A stretch of DNA of 63,859 bases, the filler included, from Folioceros fuciformis (taxonomy: Eukaryota): assembly GCA_049999805.1 (NCBI GenBank). It is 3 parts of 2 records of this genome, joined end to end, with 100 filler letters (N's around TTAATTAATTAA, not from the genome) between each part and the next. Parts side by side here need not be neighbours in the genome. Positions count along the whole stretch, not along the records: positions 1 to 28,891 come from JBNGIO010005969.1; positions 28,992 to 56,425 come from JBNGIO010005969.1; 1 more part is not named here. One strand, 5' to 3'. The notes under the pieces are model-generated. The model was not told where the DNA came from, ran no database searches, and worked only from the letters and a program-made list of their open reading frames with translations. Positions 25,295 to 38,166 of this stretch are shown here, piece after piece. The position numbers and the translations under genes are program-made. How positions within the stretch are numbered: the stretch's first letter is position 1; each line of letters begins with the position of its first letter.

Positions 25295-26170
25295 AATTTA
25301 TTTATTTTTATTATTAAAAAAGAGATGAAAGTCTCATCTACTCCAAAACAATAAGGAGGAGGAAGTAGGGCAAGAGACCAAAAGGTACTAGCCCCTTAGA
25401 ACATCATTCTCAAAACTATCTATTGCTCGTGAAGCCAATGTGACCGTGACCTGCACTTGTTCCTATTCGAAGAAGCCGTGTGATTTGTTTGAAGAAGTTC
25501 TGTGACTTGCACTTGTTGTTCGAAGAAGGCATGTAACCTACAATTGCCATCATGTGATTTGTTTGAAGAAGTTTTGTGACTTGCATTTGTTGATGTTCAA
25601 AGAAGGCATGTAACCTACAGTTGCGTGTAACCTACAATTGCCGCATGACCTGCACTTGTTGTTCGAAGAAGCCGTGTGACTTGCACTTGTTGCTGCTTGT
25701 TNNNNNNNNNNCTTGTTGTTCGAAGAAGCCGTGTGACTTGCACTTGTTGCTGCTTGTTGTTCGAAGAAGCCGTGTGACTTGCACTTGTTGCTGTTTGAAG
25801 AAGTGGTGTGATCTGTACATGTTGTTCTTTCAAGAAGCTGTATGATCTGCACTTATTGCTGTTTGAAGAAGTGGTGTGATCTATACTTGTTGTTTCAAGA
25901 AGCTGATGATCTATAGTTGTTGCTGTTTGAAGAAGTGGTGTGATCTGTACTTAATGTTTCAAGAAGCTGTATGATCTGTTCTTGTTGCTATTCTAAAGAC
26001 CGTATAAGTGCTATACCGTTGAGGAAAAAAAAAGTAGGCAGGCGACTGAGGACTAGTGATTTGTTGTAGAGGAGATGAAAAGAGCCATCTTATGCAAATA
26101 AAACCGTCTTGCAAAAAGACATGACCTGGAAGACGTCCAATAATGAGAATCATAGAGAGAGAGAGCAAAT
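25295..26170 (-). mobile_element. 5'-truncated, diverged 3' fragment of a CRE-like element with an internally amplified ~30-40-bp minisatellite (25440-26000)
   Basis: 25318-25425 resembles the CRE 3' end at 6520-6640 (AGAGATG..CATCTACTCCAAA..AGGTACT..CAAAA.CTA). ORF 25959-26168 FFPQRYS..VFRIATRTDHTAS matches CRE FFRQRVS..VFRIATSTGQAAS. A-rich tail near 25295-25320. Confidence 0.75.
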
Positions 26171-26603
26171 ATGTTTCATCCTTGAAGTCAGATGCTGTTT
26201 CAACAATTTCCCCAACAATGTCACATGAAACATTTTTTGATTACAACCTATAAAAGTGGCGGCACTGGTGGTATCTTCCTCGTAGGAGTGTTTGGTTACG
26301 TTTCATGCAGACGAAAGAAAGAGACCGGCAGAACCGTCCGTTCGACAGCGAATTCCATCTTCTCATTTTCAAATCCCGCTGCCTGTGCCACTGCTGAGGA
26401 TGGTTATGGTCGTTGTCGTCTTTTTGTTTGTTGTTCATGTGCTTACTATACGAATTGTCGCTATTCAACTTCGTAGGATCTACAAGCCGGTTGTAGATGT
26501 GTGCTGGCGGGCTTGATTTCGGAGTTATCGAGGTCAGCGTTCAGAAGACCGTCATATTGAAGATGGCATTGTCTCACCGTCAGTCCGTCGCCGCAAAGCC
26601 GTG

Positions 26604-28209
26604 ATGGCGGGGGTATGTGCTACTGCTGCACCGGGTGATAGCAGTGACAATGGCCACGGGATACCACACGTTGAGCTTTCGCCAACGCTGGCGGACCTCA
26701 TGAAGCAGGAAAACTTGGACAACATGGCTGCGTCGGCGGCTGGGCCAGCCATTCAGAGCCACTGGAAGAAGCTTCATGAATCCCGGCCGGGTGTTGAATA
26801 CGCTCAACCGGCATTCGTAGGCTTTGATGATTACAGCGAGGAGGATCTTCCCGTAGTCGACTTGTCATTGCTCGTTGTGGGAGATGATGCTGCCACTGCC
26901 AAAGTTGTGGATGCTGTTGCTTCCAGCTGCAGAGACTGGGGATTCTTCCAGGTGCATATGTATTAGAACCGTTCTCAGGCAAGAAAGAAGGTCGATGTCT
27001 GGAATGCTACTGAGTCATTGCTCTCTAGACTGCAGGTTATCAATCACGGCGTTCGGAAGAAGCTTATAAAGGAAGCAAGATTGCAGGCACGGAGGCTGTT
27101 CAACCTTCCCCTTAGACAGAAATGCAAGGCTCAGTCCGTCGGAGGCGATTCTGGCTATACATCTAGTGTTCTTCCACAGCAATCCGGACTCCCCTGGTCC
27201 GAAGGATTCGTCATACATCTCAGGCCCGATCCGCAGGAAAAGAATTTGGCTGACAGGCTTGGCCTGCATGATTCCGAGCATTTCTGGTAGGCCTGCCTTC
27301 GCCTGACGTCTGAACGTCAATCCCTCAGGTTATGTGACAGTCTAAGTCTGAACGGGAACATCACAGTGCACTCGTAAGCAGCTGAGACCACAATTGTGCG
27401 ATGCAGTGACGTGATCCGCAACTTCAATGAAGCCATGCACAGGCTGGGGATGGGGATTCTTGACTTGATCATACGAGGCTTGCCAGGAGACAACATCCGA
27501 GCTCACTTCGACGAGGCTTCCGGCAATGGAAACCACAAAGAGATGATGAGGATGGTCTTGTACCCTACCTGCCCTAACCCAGAGCTCACTCAGGGGCTGG
27601 GCTCTCACACCGATCCCAACTATCTCACAATACTTCACCAGGGCAACATCGGCGGCCTTCAAATTTTCAGAGACGGCAGGTGGATGGCAATTCGCCCAGT
27701 GCACAATGCCTTCTGCGTCAACGTTGGAGACATGATGCAGGTAGCGTTGCTGACCGCTAACCCGAGCACATTCAGCGTACCTCGATAACCTCATCCAGCT
27801 GTTCATCCGATACTGAATGCTACTTTCTGTCCTCCAGGTCATCACCAACGGGAGGTACAAGAGTGTGGTCCATCGATGCGTGGTGAACAGGCTACACGAA
27901 AGCGTGTCTATCGCCTTCATGATGTCGCCATGGGCGGACGAGGTGGAAGTTAAACCAGCGCCGGGTCTAGACAAAATCGGTAGAGAACGGGCTCAACAAC
28001 CAATCAGATGGGGGCAATACCGACAAGCGGCTCGAATGAAGCGCCCTTCCGTTGATTTCGACGTACCGGCAAGCGTCCGACCTTTAACAACCGCGAGTGA
28101 CTGGCACAAGGCACAGGCAGACGGCAATCGGCCCCCATATGAAGCCAACAGTGCTAGCTCCAATTCCCAACACTCGCAGACTTCGTCAGACTACAGAGCA
28201 GCTGTCTAG
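26604..28209 (+). CDS. 2-oxoglutarate/Fe(II)-dependent dioxygenase (DOXC, GA20ox/GA3ox-like motifs), 4 exons
   Basis: LPVVDLS..CRDWGFFQ|VINHGV, LPWSEG, YPTCPNP, GLGSHTDPNYLTILHQ, GGLQI and VNVGDMMQ|VITNGRYKSVVHR. Canonical GT-AG introns. Confidence 0.9.
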
Positions 28210-28891
28210 TTCTCATGTCAACAGTACAGTAAATAAAAAACCGAAAACTTCACAGTTCATTCCCATTGAGGCTGGCAGGAATGAAGAACGTGACGGATGT
28301 GAATCATTACCCCGCAATTCCCGGGCGAGGAAATTCTGTGCTACCCACCGACTAGCCAGGCAGGACCTCACCTTCCGTTCTGGACTAAAAAACTCACCCC
28401 TCCACATGGCGACGATGGGAACCACCTTCCATAAAAAAGGGCAAGTTCAGATTTTTCCTGCATCCAGCGTGATCGGTTTCAGAGTCAGGGGAACATTTTT
28501 CGGAGATGGTGACGATACTCAGCATACGAGCCTGGAACATGCTTGTCATGGACCATTAGCTACCTATCGTCTCGATCACACTCCGTTAGCTTTCAAGTGA
28601 GGAGAACAAGACACTACGGGTACAGCCAGCCTCATATACTAGGCACTGAAAGAAGGTAAGACAGATGGCAATACATGTCAAGCAAATTAGACGAGTCGGC
28701 AACAAGAAAAATAAAACCACGAAAGGAAAGCAGACACATCAGACAATTAGAGACACACAGGTTAGAGGACCACGAGTTCAACTTCGTGAAACAGAAAGAG
28801 CTACATAGAGGACTTGAATCCGCACAGCCAGATTCCATAATGTTCAGCAATACCGGAGATATTGACAGCATATACCTTTACCTGTTCTGGA

Positions 28892-28991
28892 NNNNNNNNN
28901 NNNNNNNNNNNNNNNNNNNNNNNNNNNNNNNNNNNTTAATTAATTAANNNNNNNNNNNNNNNNNNNNNNNNNNNNNNNNNNNNNNNNNNNN
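28892..28991. other. Artificial scaffold/contig linker (N-TTAATTAATTAA-N)
   Basis: Six-frame stop spacer centred in a 100-base N gap. Confidence 0.9.
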
Positions 28992-30385
28992 CTCCACAGA
29001 CTACTACTTAATCTCCAGTTAAGTTCCTGTTACGAATTCTTTTTTTTTGTTTCGAACACCATGTTAATAACACCACCTCTCGTCCGTCAATAAGAATCAT
29101 CCATTTATACCTTACCGTCAATGCATTTTGCATACCACCATGTGGGCTAAGATGTGGATTTGGAACTCCTAGTTCGATGGGTGCTGTAGATAGTTTTAAA
29201 CTCGGTTACCTCGTACCTGAATCCATAGATTTTATAATGTTCAATAATACTAAAAATATTGACAATGCATAATGTTACTCATTCTCGACTTATCTTACAC
29301 ATCATTCTATAAAAAAAAATTGTACCGACCAAAATTAACAAAATTGCTATGAGTCTTTGTGCAAATTAATCCACTTCCTTCTCTTTAAAATATGATATTA
29401 TATATATATAATAATTTATGCATTATTATAGTTAAGTAATTTTTTCTAAAATTAAAAAACTTTATTTTCATAGAAAGATACTTCAAGCTTTGTAGAGATG
29501 TAGGATTATTAAAACCCAGTATGCTTATTTAGTCTAAGATTAATGTATAGTTAAAAGATCCTTTAAGAGGAAGAGGTAAATAATATAGTACAAAGTATTT
29601 ATTTTTTTATTGAAGATTTTATTCATTACTTCATGTCGTACTTTGTATGAAAAAAAAAAGAAAAAAAAAATTTATGAATGAGACAAAACAACAAGGAAGA
29701 GGATTTTATTCTTAAAGGCTTATGTTTGCCAACCTTTCCACCTGTCAATGAGCCATAAACAGAGTTTAATATTTTGAAAAAATAAAATAATTTTTATTAA
29801 TTTAAACTTGATTAAAGTTCTTCTCCCTTTACTAAACCTTGAGAGGAAGACATCTTATGACCCAAGTTGGAATAACTCATCAAAACATGTCTTAGTAGTA
29901 GTAGTACGGGGGCAACAATAACCATGGACTTAACACTAAACTAAACTATGCAGTTAGCTTTAAGAAGCGAAGGCTCGTAGGCCTGTTACAGTTTAGGGCC
30001 ATGCTCCTTGCGGAGTTAATTAAGGCAAGAAGAGCGGCCCATGGAAAAGCCGCCGCGATGGGAAACTCACCTGGAGAAGAAACCTACCTTGATATGGAGA
30101 CTAGGCGCATGATGTACCAATGTACCTGGGTGTTGAGCGGGTTTGCAGTGCACCGAGTTTAAACGCAGAAATGTGGAAATGGATATTTTGGAGAGGGTAG
30201 AAGTAAGCGGAGGGCGTGGCGTAACGTAACCCGCCATCTATCGACTGCCGAATATTTGGTGGAGTGGTGGTATCAGTGGTAAACGATAGTGGGTGCAGTT
30301 GAGTAGTGGTGGGTGCAGCAGTGGTATTTGTGTGTGCGCCTGGTTGTGTTTTGCATCCGGCGATCTCGCGGCCTGAAGTACGTCC

Positions 30386-31117
30386 ATGGACCCCGATTCT
30401 TTGTCCAAGGCCTTTGTGGAGCACTACTACAGCACGTTTGATGTCAACAGGGGGGGCCTCGTAGGTCTGTACCAGGATAATTCTATGCTCACCTTCGAGG
30501 GTGAGAAGATCATGGGGGCCCAGAACATCGCGGCCAAGCTCAACAGTTTGCCCTTTCCTCAGTGCAAGCACACCATCACCACCGTGGACTGCCAGCCCTC
30601 GGGCCCCGTCAACGGCATGCTCGTCTTCGTCAGCGGCTCTTTGATTCTCCCGGGAGAGAGCCACCAGCTTAAATTCAGCCAGGTAATCAGCTCATCCACA
30701 CGCGGCCTGCGTTTCTGTCGCTATGGAGCTCCAATCTTCCTGCGCCGTTGCGTCTTGCCTGCCTTTTCTTGTCTCATCTTTGGCTCTTGGCAAGCTGATC
30801 GGTCCTCCGTGTTAGGGCATCCCGAATGAGAGTGGATGTATTGCTCGATTGCGGAGGCGGTGATCGCGTCCCTCACCAGCTGCTTAGGGTTTGCGAGAAC
30901 AGTCGTGAAAGCCTTCTGTTGGGGTTTGTGGTGGACTGCTCTTGGAAGCCTATGTTTTTGGTCTGCTATTGCTGTTGCTCGTATCGGCACTCCACTGTCT
31001 CCGCTCTTAGGGTTCCGTCTTTGACTCTGCTCTGTTTTGCAGATGTTCCACTTGTTACCTTCTAGCGGAGGAAGTTTGTACGTCCTCAACGACATCTTCC
31101 GGCTGAATCTGACGTAG
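30386..31117 (+). CDS. NTF2: Nuclear transport factor 2 (exons 30386-30682, 31043-31117)
   Basis: MDPDSLSKAFVEHYYSTFD..SMLTFEGEKIMG..ITTVDCQPSGP..LKFSQ|MFHL..YVLNDIFRLN. Confidence 0.93.
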
Positions 31118-32268
31118 AAATGCAGCGTTCCTGCAGAGTACACTACGTAGAGGGTTGTGCATTTGATGATTTTTTTTTTGCAGTGGCACATCAAGTCAGT
31201 GGATTATCCAGATGAAGCTGTTTTGGAATAAGGACCTCTCAAGGCGTGCGGTTTAGAAGTGTGCCCTTGGGTCTAGCTATGGGAATGGTATTCACATGCC
31301 AATCTTCAGTCACCACCAGCTGAACTCCCTGTTTCAAATGTGGTTGAAATAAGGATCTATGTACCGGATTCCATACTTGATGTCTGACTATTCGACAGAA
31401 ACGCATATTTCCACGCCATTGTCTTCCATCTTTTTTCCAGGCGATCAGCCTGCCCCTAGCTGGGAGTGTGCGCATGCCCGTCAGCCATCACGTGGTATTA
31501 AAGAGCTCTGATAAGTCGGTGGGTGTCTCAAGGATGAGGATTCTGGGTCTTTTGTCCTTCAAAGACCAACTCCCCACCTCATTGATGCGATCCACCTATA
31601 ACCCCTCGTCCGGAGGCAACGTCTTTATGGCGTCCGCTTCCAGTTAGCTGCCACTAAAGAACACACAAAATGGGCAAGATACTCAGCATTTGAACATTGG
31701 AGTGGGATTGACGTACGTCGACGCGCACATGGCAGACTCAGCTGGGCCCCCTCCTCCGTATGGTCCACTCATCACGCAGGCTCTGTCTCTCTCTCTTTGG
31801 AAGCTTGCCCTGTAAGACACCAGGGTAGTGTTCCATCACTCTCACCAAAGCTGCTGCCTGCATGGACGGTACTTCCATTATCCTCCTCTGTACCGTCCTT
31901 CTCGGACAGCACGAGGCGAAGCCAAGCAACTTGCAAGTGTACATCCGCAGCGGCAGAAAGGCAATTCAATTATCTCCTCCAAGTGCAGTACACAGCACGA
32001 GCACCAGTTGACAGCATCCTTTGGATCCCATTCTTTGCTTTCACACACTCCGAATCCTACACAAAGCTCGTTTCCACAGTCTAGAGAGCCTTGAATTGAC
32101 GGTACTCACGGGAATCCACATGTCTGATCAACAAATGACATTTTACGTACAAATCGATGTCTTCGGAGGGACTCAGCCTACAAATCACTTGCTAGGTAAA
32201 TTAGCAGAAAAGTGGCTTGACAGGTTATACTAGGATGGGAAAAGCTTTGAGGGTCCCCAGGATTGTGA

Positions 32269-34209
32269 TCAAAGCAAGGCTGGGTTCTGTGACTCCAGTT
32301 TACTGGGTGACTCATTCTCAGGGATCTCAACAAGCTCGCCATCGGATGAATTGTCACTAGCTTCCCTCGGAATATTTTGAAGCTTGTCTGCGGTTTTGGA
32401 TGGGTGCCCTGGATTGACTGTATCATCTTCACCATCACTGTCAAGGGCCTGAAAGGCAGGTATAAAACTTGCAATGTAAGGAGAAATACCCTGAGCCACT
32501 ACTCAGGTCTGTCAACTCCCATGTTAGTGAAGGTATATTCATTCTGATGACGACGGCTGTTAGTCTCAACTTACTTTGTCAAAGTCATCATCAAAATCGG
32601 GATCATCGTCTGCATCTGTGAAGAAAAAACAAAACACGCAATCATCAAAATCACTTTCCATCAACAACCTGACTTTTCATACTACAACAGCATTCCTCAT
32701 CCGATAGCCACTCACAAGATCAACAAGTCCATGATGGGCTAACCTACCATGCCCTTCGTCACCACTGTCCGCACCAAGAAGATAAGCATCCAGCTCTTGG
32801 TCTGCACTTCTTTCCCCAACACCTTTGGTGACCACTGCCTTGTCAACCACCACACTTGTGGAAGTTTCCTGTACAGGTGCAGTGTCTGAAAGTCCTTTGT
32901 TTGCAACTGCGAGAGCCTTCTCTGCGTTCCTCTCCTCCTCTTCTTTGATGAGTTTTGCGGCAGCTGTACGCTCCAGGTATTTTGACTCATACCTTGTATA
33001 AGGCCAAAATGTCAGCAAAGCCAGTAGCCAAGGTAGAAATCTGCGCGACCAACAGCTCCAGGATAACAAGGAAATCTTCATTGAGAAAAATCATCTTACG
33101 GTGCCACGAGGTTTTTCACCAAAATGAAGTAAATTCTCCAGAAACGGCTCTCCTTCATTCGACGTGGACAGAGCACATACCGAAAATCAGACATTTCCTG
33201 ACACAACATCCCGCCATTAGCAGGTCTCAGCTGAACTAAGAAAGCTGAAAGGAATTAGACGATATACTGCACATGGGGGATGGCGGGGGGGGTGGGGAGA
33301 TTATATACTGGGACACTGGCGAGAACCAGCACTGCATGCCGTTCCTGCCACTCCGGGAGATCCTGCCTTATCGTAGTTGCAACGTCCACTCCCTCACTCT
33401 GCTGCTTGGCTATCATACAGAGCCAGTCAACCATGAGCATTGCTGTAACCACACACGAATGTCCAGATTGCCAACAAGAAGGTCTACTTCTGCAGCTCTT
33501 TACGCAAGTGTTTTTTTTTTACATCCTGCTGTGTACTAACGTCTGTATCCTTCTACAGAAACCATTCCATTGAACAACGGCACACGTTAACTTTCCCAGA
33601 ATATCACTGATCAAGCGTATTGGCCAGTGTACCCAACATGGTCAGTGCATTCACGGCGCGTAACAATCCACCAGGTTTGCCTTAACCTGCGTAGACCAAA
33701 GCATCCCCAACCTAATCGCTCTGGAGAACACATGAGACCTGTCAACCGACTCTCCTACACTACACTACACTAAATGTACAGGCTCCATTCGAGAAAACCT
33801 GTTCCTCGTAATCAAAACAGAGAGGCAAAGCCTTGGACTCACCATCGTACTCAGCAAGAGGAAATTCCTTGAACGTGTTGATGGTAAGACCCCGTACAAA
33901 CTCACGGAGATCAGAAGTTATTCCAAACTCTTCAAGCTCGGCATCCGTGGGAGGCGAGGCAGGCGAGGGTGAAGACGACAGCTCGCCTGCCATTTTGGAA
34001 GCAGCAGAAGCAATAGAAGGAGGCAACTCGCCTGCCATCTTCTTCAGCTCATCTGCTTTCTTGGTAGCCTCCACAGCAATTTCCCTCGATCGCTTGGCAG
34101 TCTCCAGGGCAATCTCCTGCGAGAACTTGGCTGCTTCCAACGCAATCTCTTGAGACTTTTTGGCCGTCTCCTGGGCAAAGACTTTTGCTTTCTGGAATAA
34201 GATATCCAT
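32269..34209 (-). CDS. BSD-domain-containing protein, multi-exon
   Basis: MDILFQKAKVFAQETAKKSQE..FGITSDLREFVRGLTINTFKEFP, QDLPEWQERHAVLVL, KESRFWRIYFILV (~33110-33155), DQELDAYLLG and an acidic DDDPDFDDDFDK stretch. Confidence 0.85.
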
Positions 34210-34670
34210 GGCGCTGCAACGAATCACCAAGCTTCGCTCCTTCCGCTAATCCGATTCCAATATGCGCTACAATTCACCCCCTTGCATGGATCTACTGCTC
34301 AGACAGCACGACACGCCCACGTGCTGCCTGAGCAGGCAGCATCAAACCGTCTGCAGCACGACCGGCAGCAGCAAACTTCTCAGAGTCAGCACAATCTCCA
34401 AGGCGCAGGACGTGCATCAAATGCTCAGCAAAGCCACCGTGCTCACCGTAGCTAATCCGAGCGCAAAGAGGCTACCCAGATGATGCCCAGGGCGGAATTA
34501 TGCTGCTACGATAGCGCAAACTTGGGAAACGGGACCATCCATATGACGATTTTAGGACCTAAGAAGTGGCCGGACACACTGAAGTTTATCTCACGTGCAG
34601 TCGTAAAATTTCTTGCTTCCCCACTCGGAATGGAGAAATCGGAGCCCGCCTGACTGGCCCCTGCCGAGCC

Positions 34671-37600
34671 ATGGAGGAGGATAGCGATGCAGCAGAGTTG
34701 CTGCAGCGGATTCAGCAGGCGCTGGTGGGCGGGGGCTACTACCGCGCAGGCATTTCCTCGCTCTCTGCCTTTGACAAGCTCACGGGGGGCCTGGCCTGGT
34801 GCATCACTGCCTCCAACGTGGATGTGGACTTCGACGTCTTCTTTGACGACGACGCCACCCTTGGTGAAAAGATGTGTGTGCTATCTCTCGGCGTGTGGGT
34901 TGATTGTCCGAGGTTTAAGGGGGTTCGTTTAGGCAGTGGTTGTGGATGTCCAGCTTATGCGGCCATGAGATTGAGTAATTTGTAGGTCAGGAAGTGTGTC
35001 CCGGGATTATGGGTGCATACTGTAGTGATTGCAAAGTGAAACTGAGAATTCAAGTCTTTGTCGACTCAGAAAAGTGGGAGAAGCCATCGAATCAGCGTTG
35101 CAGAGAATGGGATGTCCTTTTCCTCTGCAAGCTCATCAGATCCAGGGTCTGGATTTTAAGGCAGTCTACCCGGTTGTGCAATGGCTTGTCAAGCGTGTTC
35201 AGGCTACAAGGGAGGAACGAGGTGATCAGGTTGGTGTGCAGATGAGTCAGATTTAAGCTAGCTTGATTGATTGGACCCCACTCTAGAATTTATTGTTTAA
35301 TTTCCTGACATTCCTCACCAGGAAGCTTCACTGACCTTCTTGTTTGTTGGCAGCTTCGGAGATATGCTCTCTTCTGGTTTCGTGAGCATTATGACCTGCC
35401 TGAGGAAGTATGTTCCCATTCTTTCTGCTTGTTCTTGGTGCAGAGCTTTCAAGGCTGATCGGCTTCTGGCTTGTTGCCTTACGTCCTGCTGGATGTTTCC
35501 CCATCATAATTTTCTTGTTCCCATGTCAACCAGGCGAGGTTTAAAACTGCACCTTCTCAGAGGATACGTCGCCTCTACCGTCGTGCCAAGTATGTTGTGT
35601 CTCTCCCTTTCTGCCGATTCTATTGTGACATTGTAGTCTTTAGTGTGTTCGTTGTTTTCAAAGTTGCAGCTTTTTGTTTCTGATTGCTGCTGATGGTTTA
35701 CTGTCCCAGAAGTATACCACCTCCAGCTAATCGCATGGACCGTGTCCGCTCCACTTTGCTGGAGTATGGTCATCAGATACCTAGGTAGTTCTGCTGTTTT
35801 GTTGCTCAGGTGGCAGTGGATGGTCTCTGTCCATTCTCTCACGGATATCTTGTAATGTGTGGTTTGGAATGTGCCTGTGATTCAGAATTGACATGGCTGA
35901 CGTAGAGCATCCTGTGCTAGAAGAGTGGACAGAAGCAGAAGACCTGCAGTTGTCAACACATGGAGCCCTTGGCAGTGTGAGCCAACTGTACTGCGGCTGC
36001 ACCTTTGACTGATGTGTTCCCTTTATGTCCGCTTGAACTTTTGTTCTACTTGCAGGCCGTTCATCTTGCTGATTTCCGACAGCTACTGGGAACCCTATCA
36101 AAGGCTAATGATGGAATGTTGTCTGGTCGAACAGTGTAAGCTACTCCGATTACTGTATGTATGTGCGTTTTGCAGGGTTTCTTGAGTTTTCATACATCGG
36201 AAGAACGTTGTTTGTTTTGCACTGACATCCTTTCTTCCGTCATTCTGGCAGGCGCCGTATTGTGGAACTAGGGTCAGAGGACATTCAGGCTGCATCATCA
36301 AAGTACTCTCAACCAACTGCAGGGAGCAATGTACACCAGCACCAGGCATGTGCTCAGTGAATTTTTGCGTTTCTCGTGTGGTGACTAGGTGACGAACTCA
36401 AGAAATGGAATTCAGTAGTATGAAGGAGGGGTGTACAATTCTGATCATTTTTTTGTTTTGATGGACAGCAAATCACAGCACTCAATAGACAGATAGATTT
36501 GCAGAGAGAACGCATTGAGCGTCTCCAGGCTGAGCAGGAGTCATGGGGTCAGAAATTTGAGGGTGCGGCACAATCATTGAGAAAGCAGGTGTGTTGGGGA
36601 CCAGGAACGTTGAGGTGAATTTCTGTACTGCTATTGGATGTTGCGGTAGCATGAGTTTACGGGCATTTCCTCCTGTGCAAGTTCTGCAGTATTGAGCAGC
36701 CATGTGCCTGCTGCTGTACTGCTTAGGGCGGCAGGATGAGCGCAATACTCAGTTGCAGGAAACGATGGAAAAATTACAAGCAGAAGTGGATGCTGCACAA
36801 GCTGGTGGAATTGTGGGGAAGCTGAAGTCTCAGTTGCAGCAGTTAGCGGTCTGCATCCTCCGACCTGTACTGATGACCTGCATTCCATTATGTTACGTGA
36901 CTTTTCTGGGGAACTGAATGTGATGAGCAGCCCACTGATCTATCAGCTTGGCCTACAGATGCTGGAAAAACAAGAGAACCAGTTTCGTGTTGACTGTCGG
37001 AAGCATCGAGCTAACCTCTTATCTACCATACGACAGTTGCGGGAGCAGGCCGCAAACTCTGCTGAAGACACTGACCGTTCTGAAGAAATTGATGCCACAC
37101 TCAAGGCGGATTTGGAAAAGCTGAGCTTATTGCGAGTCGTACGTAGAATGACCCAAGCATTTTATGTACTTGTGTGGGAAACGTTTAGTCTCAGTGACCA
37201 AGTGGAAGGTGTGCAGGAGTTGGCGAGCAAGAGTCGGGCAGTGGCCCTACTTCAAAGACGAGTGGATGATCTTCCCACACAGTCTGAGCTTATTCAGTAT
37301 GCCTAGCTTACAACCGTTATATGCCTATCATATGGCCTTATAGAAGTCTCCCATGTGACGGATGCTTTCTTGACCCGGTCTTCATCTCCGACTATCTGCA
37401 GATATGAGAGGCGTTTTGTAGAGCTGTTCGTGCACATACAGGTAAGGTGGCACGTGGCTGTTTTTTCATGGCAACATTGGAGATCAACCTCGTGACTGCT
37501 GTTGCTAACGGTACGAAGTGGGGTGGAATGGATCAGGGAAAATTGCGGGAGACAAGAAAATATTTTGGAACGTACAACGCCCTGGCTGAAGCTCACGAAA

Positions 37601-38166
37601 TGACCGTGAAAGAGATTTCGCTTTTGAATTCCATACATTCCCAGGTATTAAACGCTGTAATCAGCTTCCACAAGCATGCTGGGACCGTCTGTTCTGCATC
37701 TGACCTCGGATTTCTAGTGCAGTTTGATGCTGCGATGTTGACAGCAGGAGGCCGTGCCAAGTTCCTTGAGTCTATGGAGGGAATCGCAAAGGGCGTTCAT
37801 CAGGTTCATGCCTTTCTCTTCTGTCGAACTGCTGCAGTTGGGCCCATTTGAAGGACATGTCCTCCTTCCTAACTTGTGATGCATGTGCAGAAACTGGACA
37901 AGATAGTCAAACGGTTTCAGGCAGAGCAAGCTACGTATGCAAGCCTGAAAGAGAAGCATGCCGCACTTATCGCTGAACAGCGGCAATATGTAGCACTGAT
38001 CAAAGCCTTTCAGGTAAATTGTTGCATGAAAGCGTGTGCTTGGACACTTTCTCTGCACGGAGATAAGGCATATTTATGTTTCTGTGGAACACAGGAAGAA
38101 TGTGCTCGGAACGAGAAGCTACACGCGCTTATGGAGCAACAAGGCCACCCTCCGAGTGAGATCTAG
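34671..38166 (+). CDS. CCDC93: Coiled-coil domain-containing protein 93 (CCC/Commander subunit), many exons
   Basis: LVGGGYYRAGISSLSAFDKLTGGLAWCI, MGCPFPLQAHQIQGLDFKAVYPVVQWLVKRV, DDLPTQSELIQ|YERRFVEL, KLRETRKYFGTYNAL..KEISLLNSI and FQ|EECARNE. Confidence 0.92.

Noticed and set aside
25550-25852. Gln/Thr/Ser-rich repetitive ORFs
   Set aside because: These are translations of the CRE-derived minisatellite, not genes.
28892-28991. TTAATTAATTAA motif repeated here and at 56470
   Set aside because: Synthetic six-frame-stop linker inside N runs. It is not biological, and linkage across it should not be assumed.
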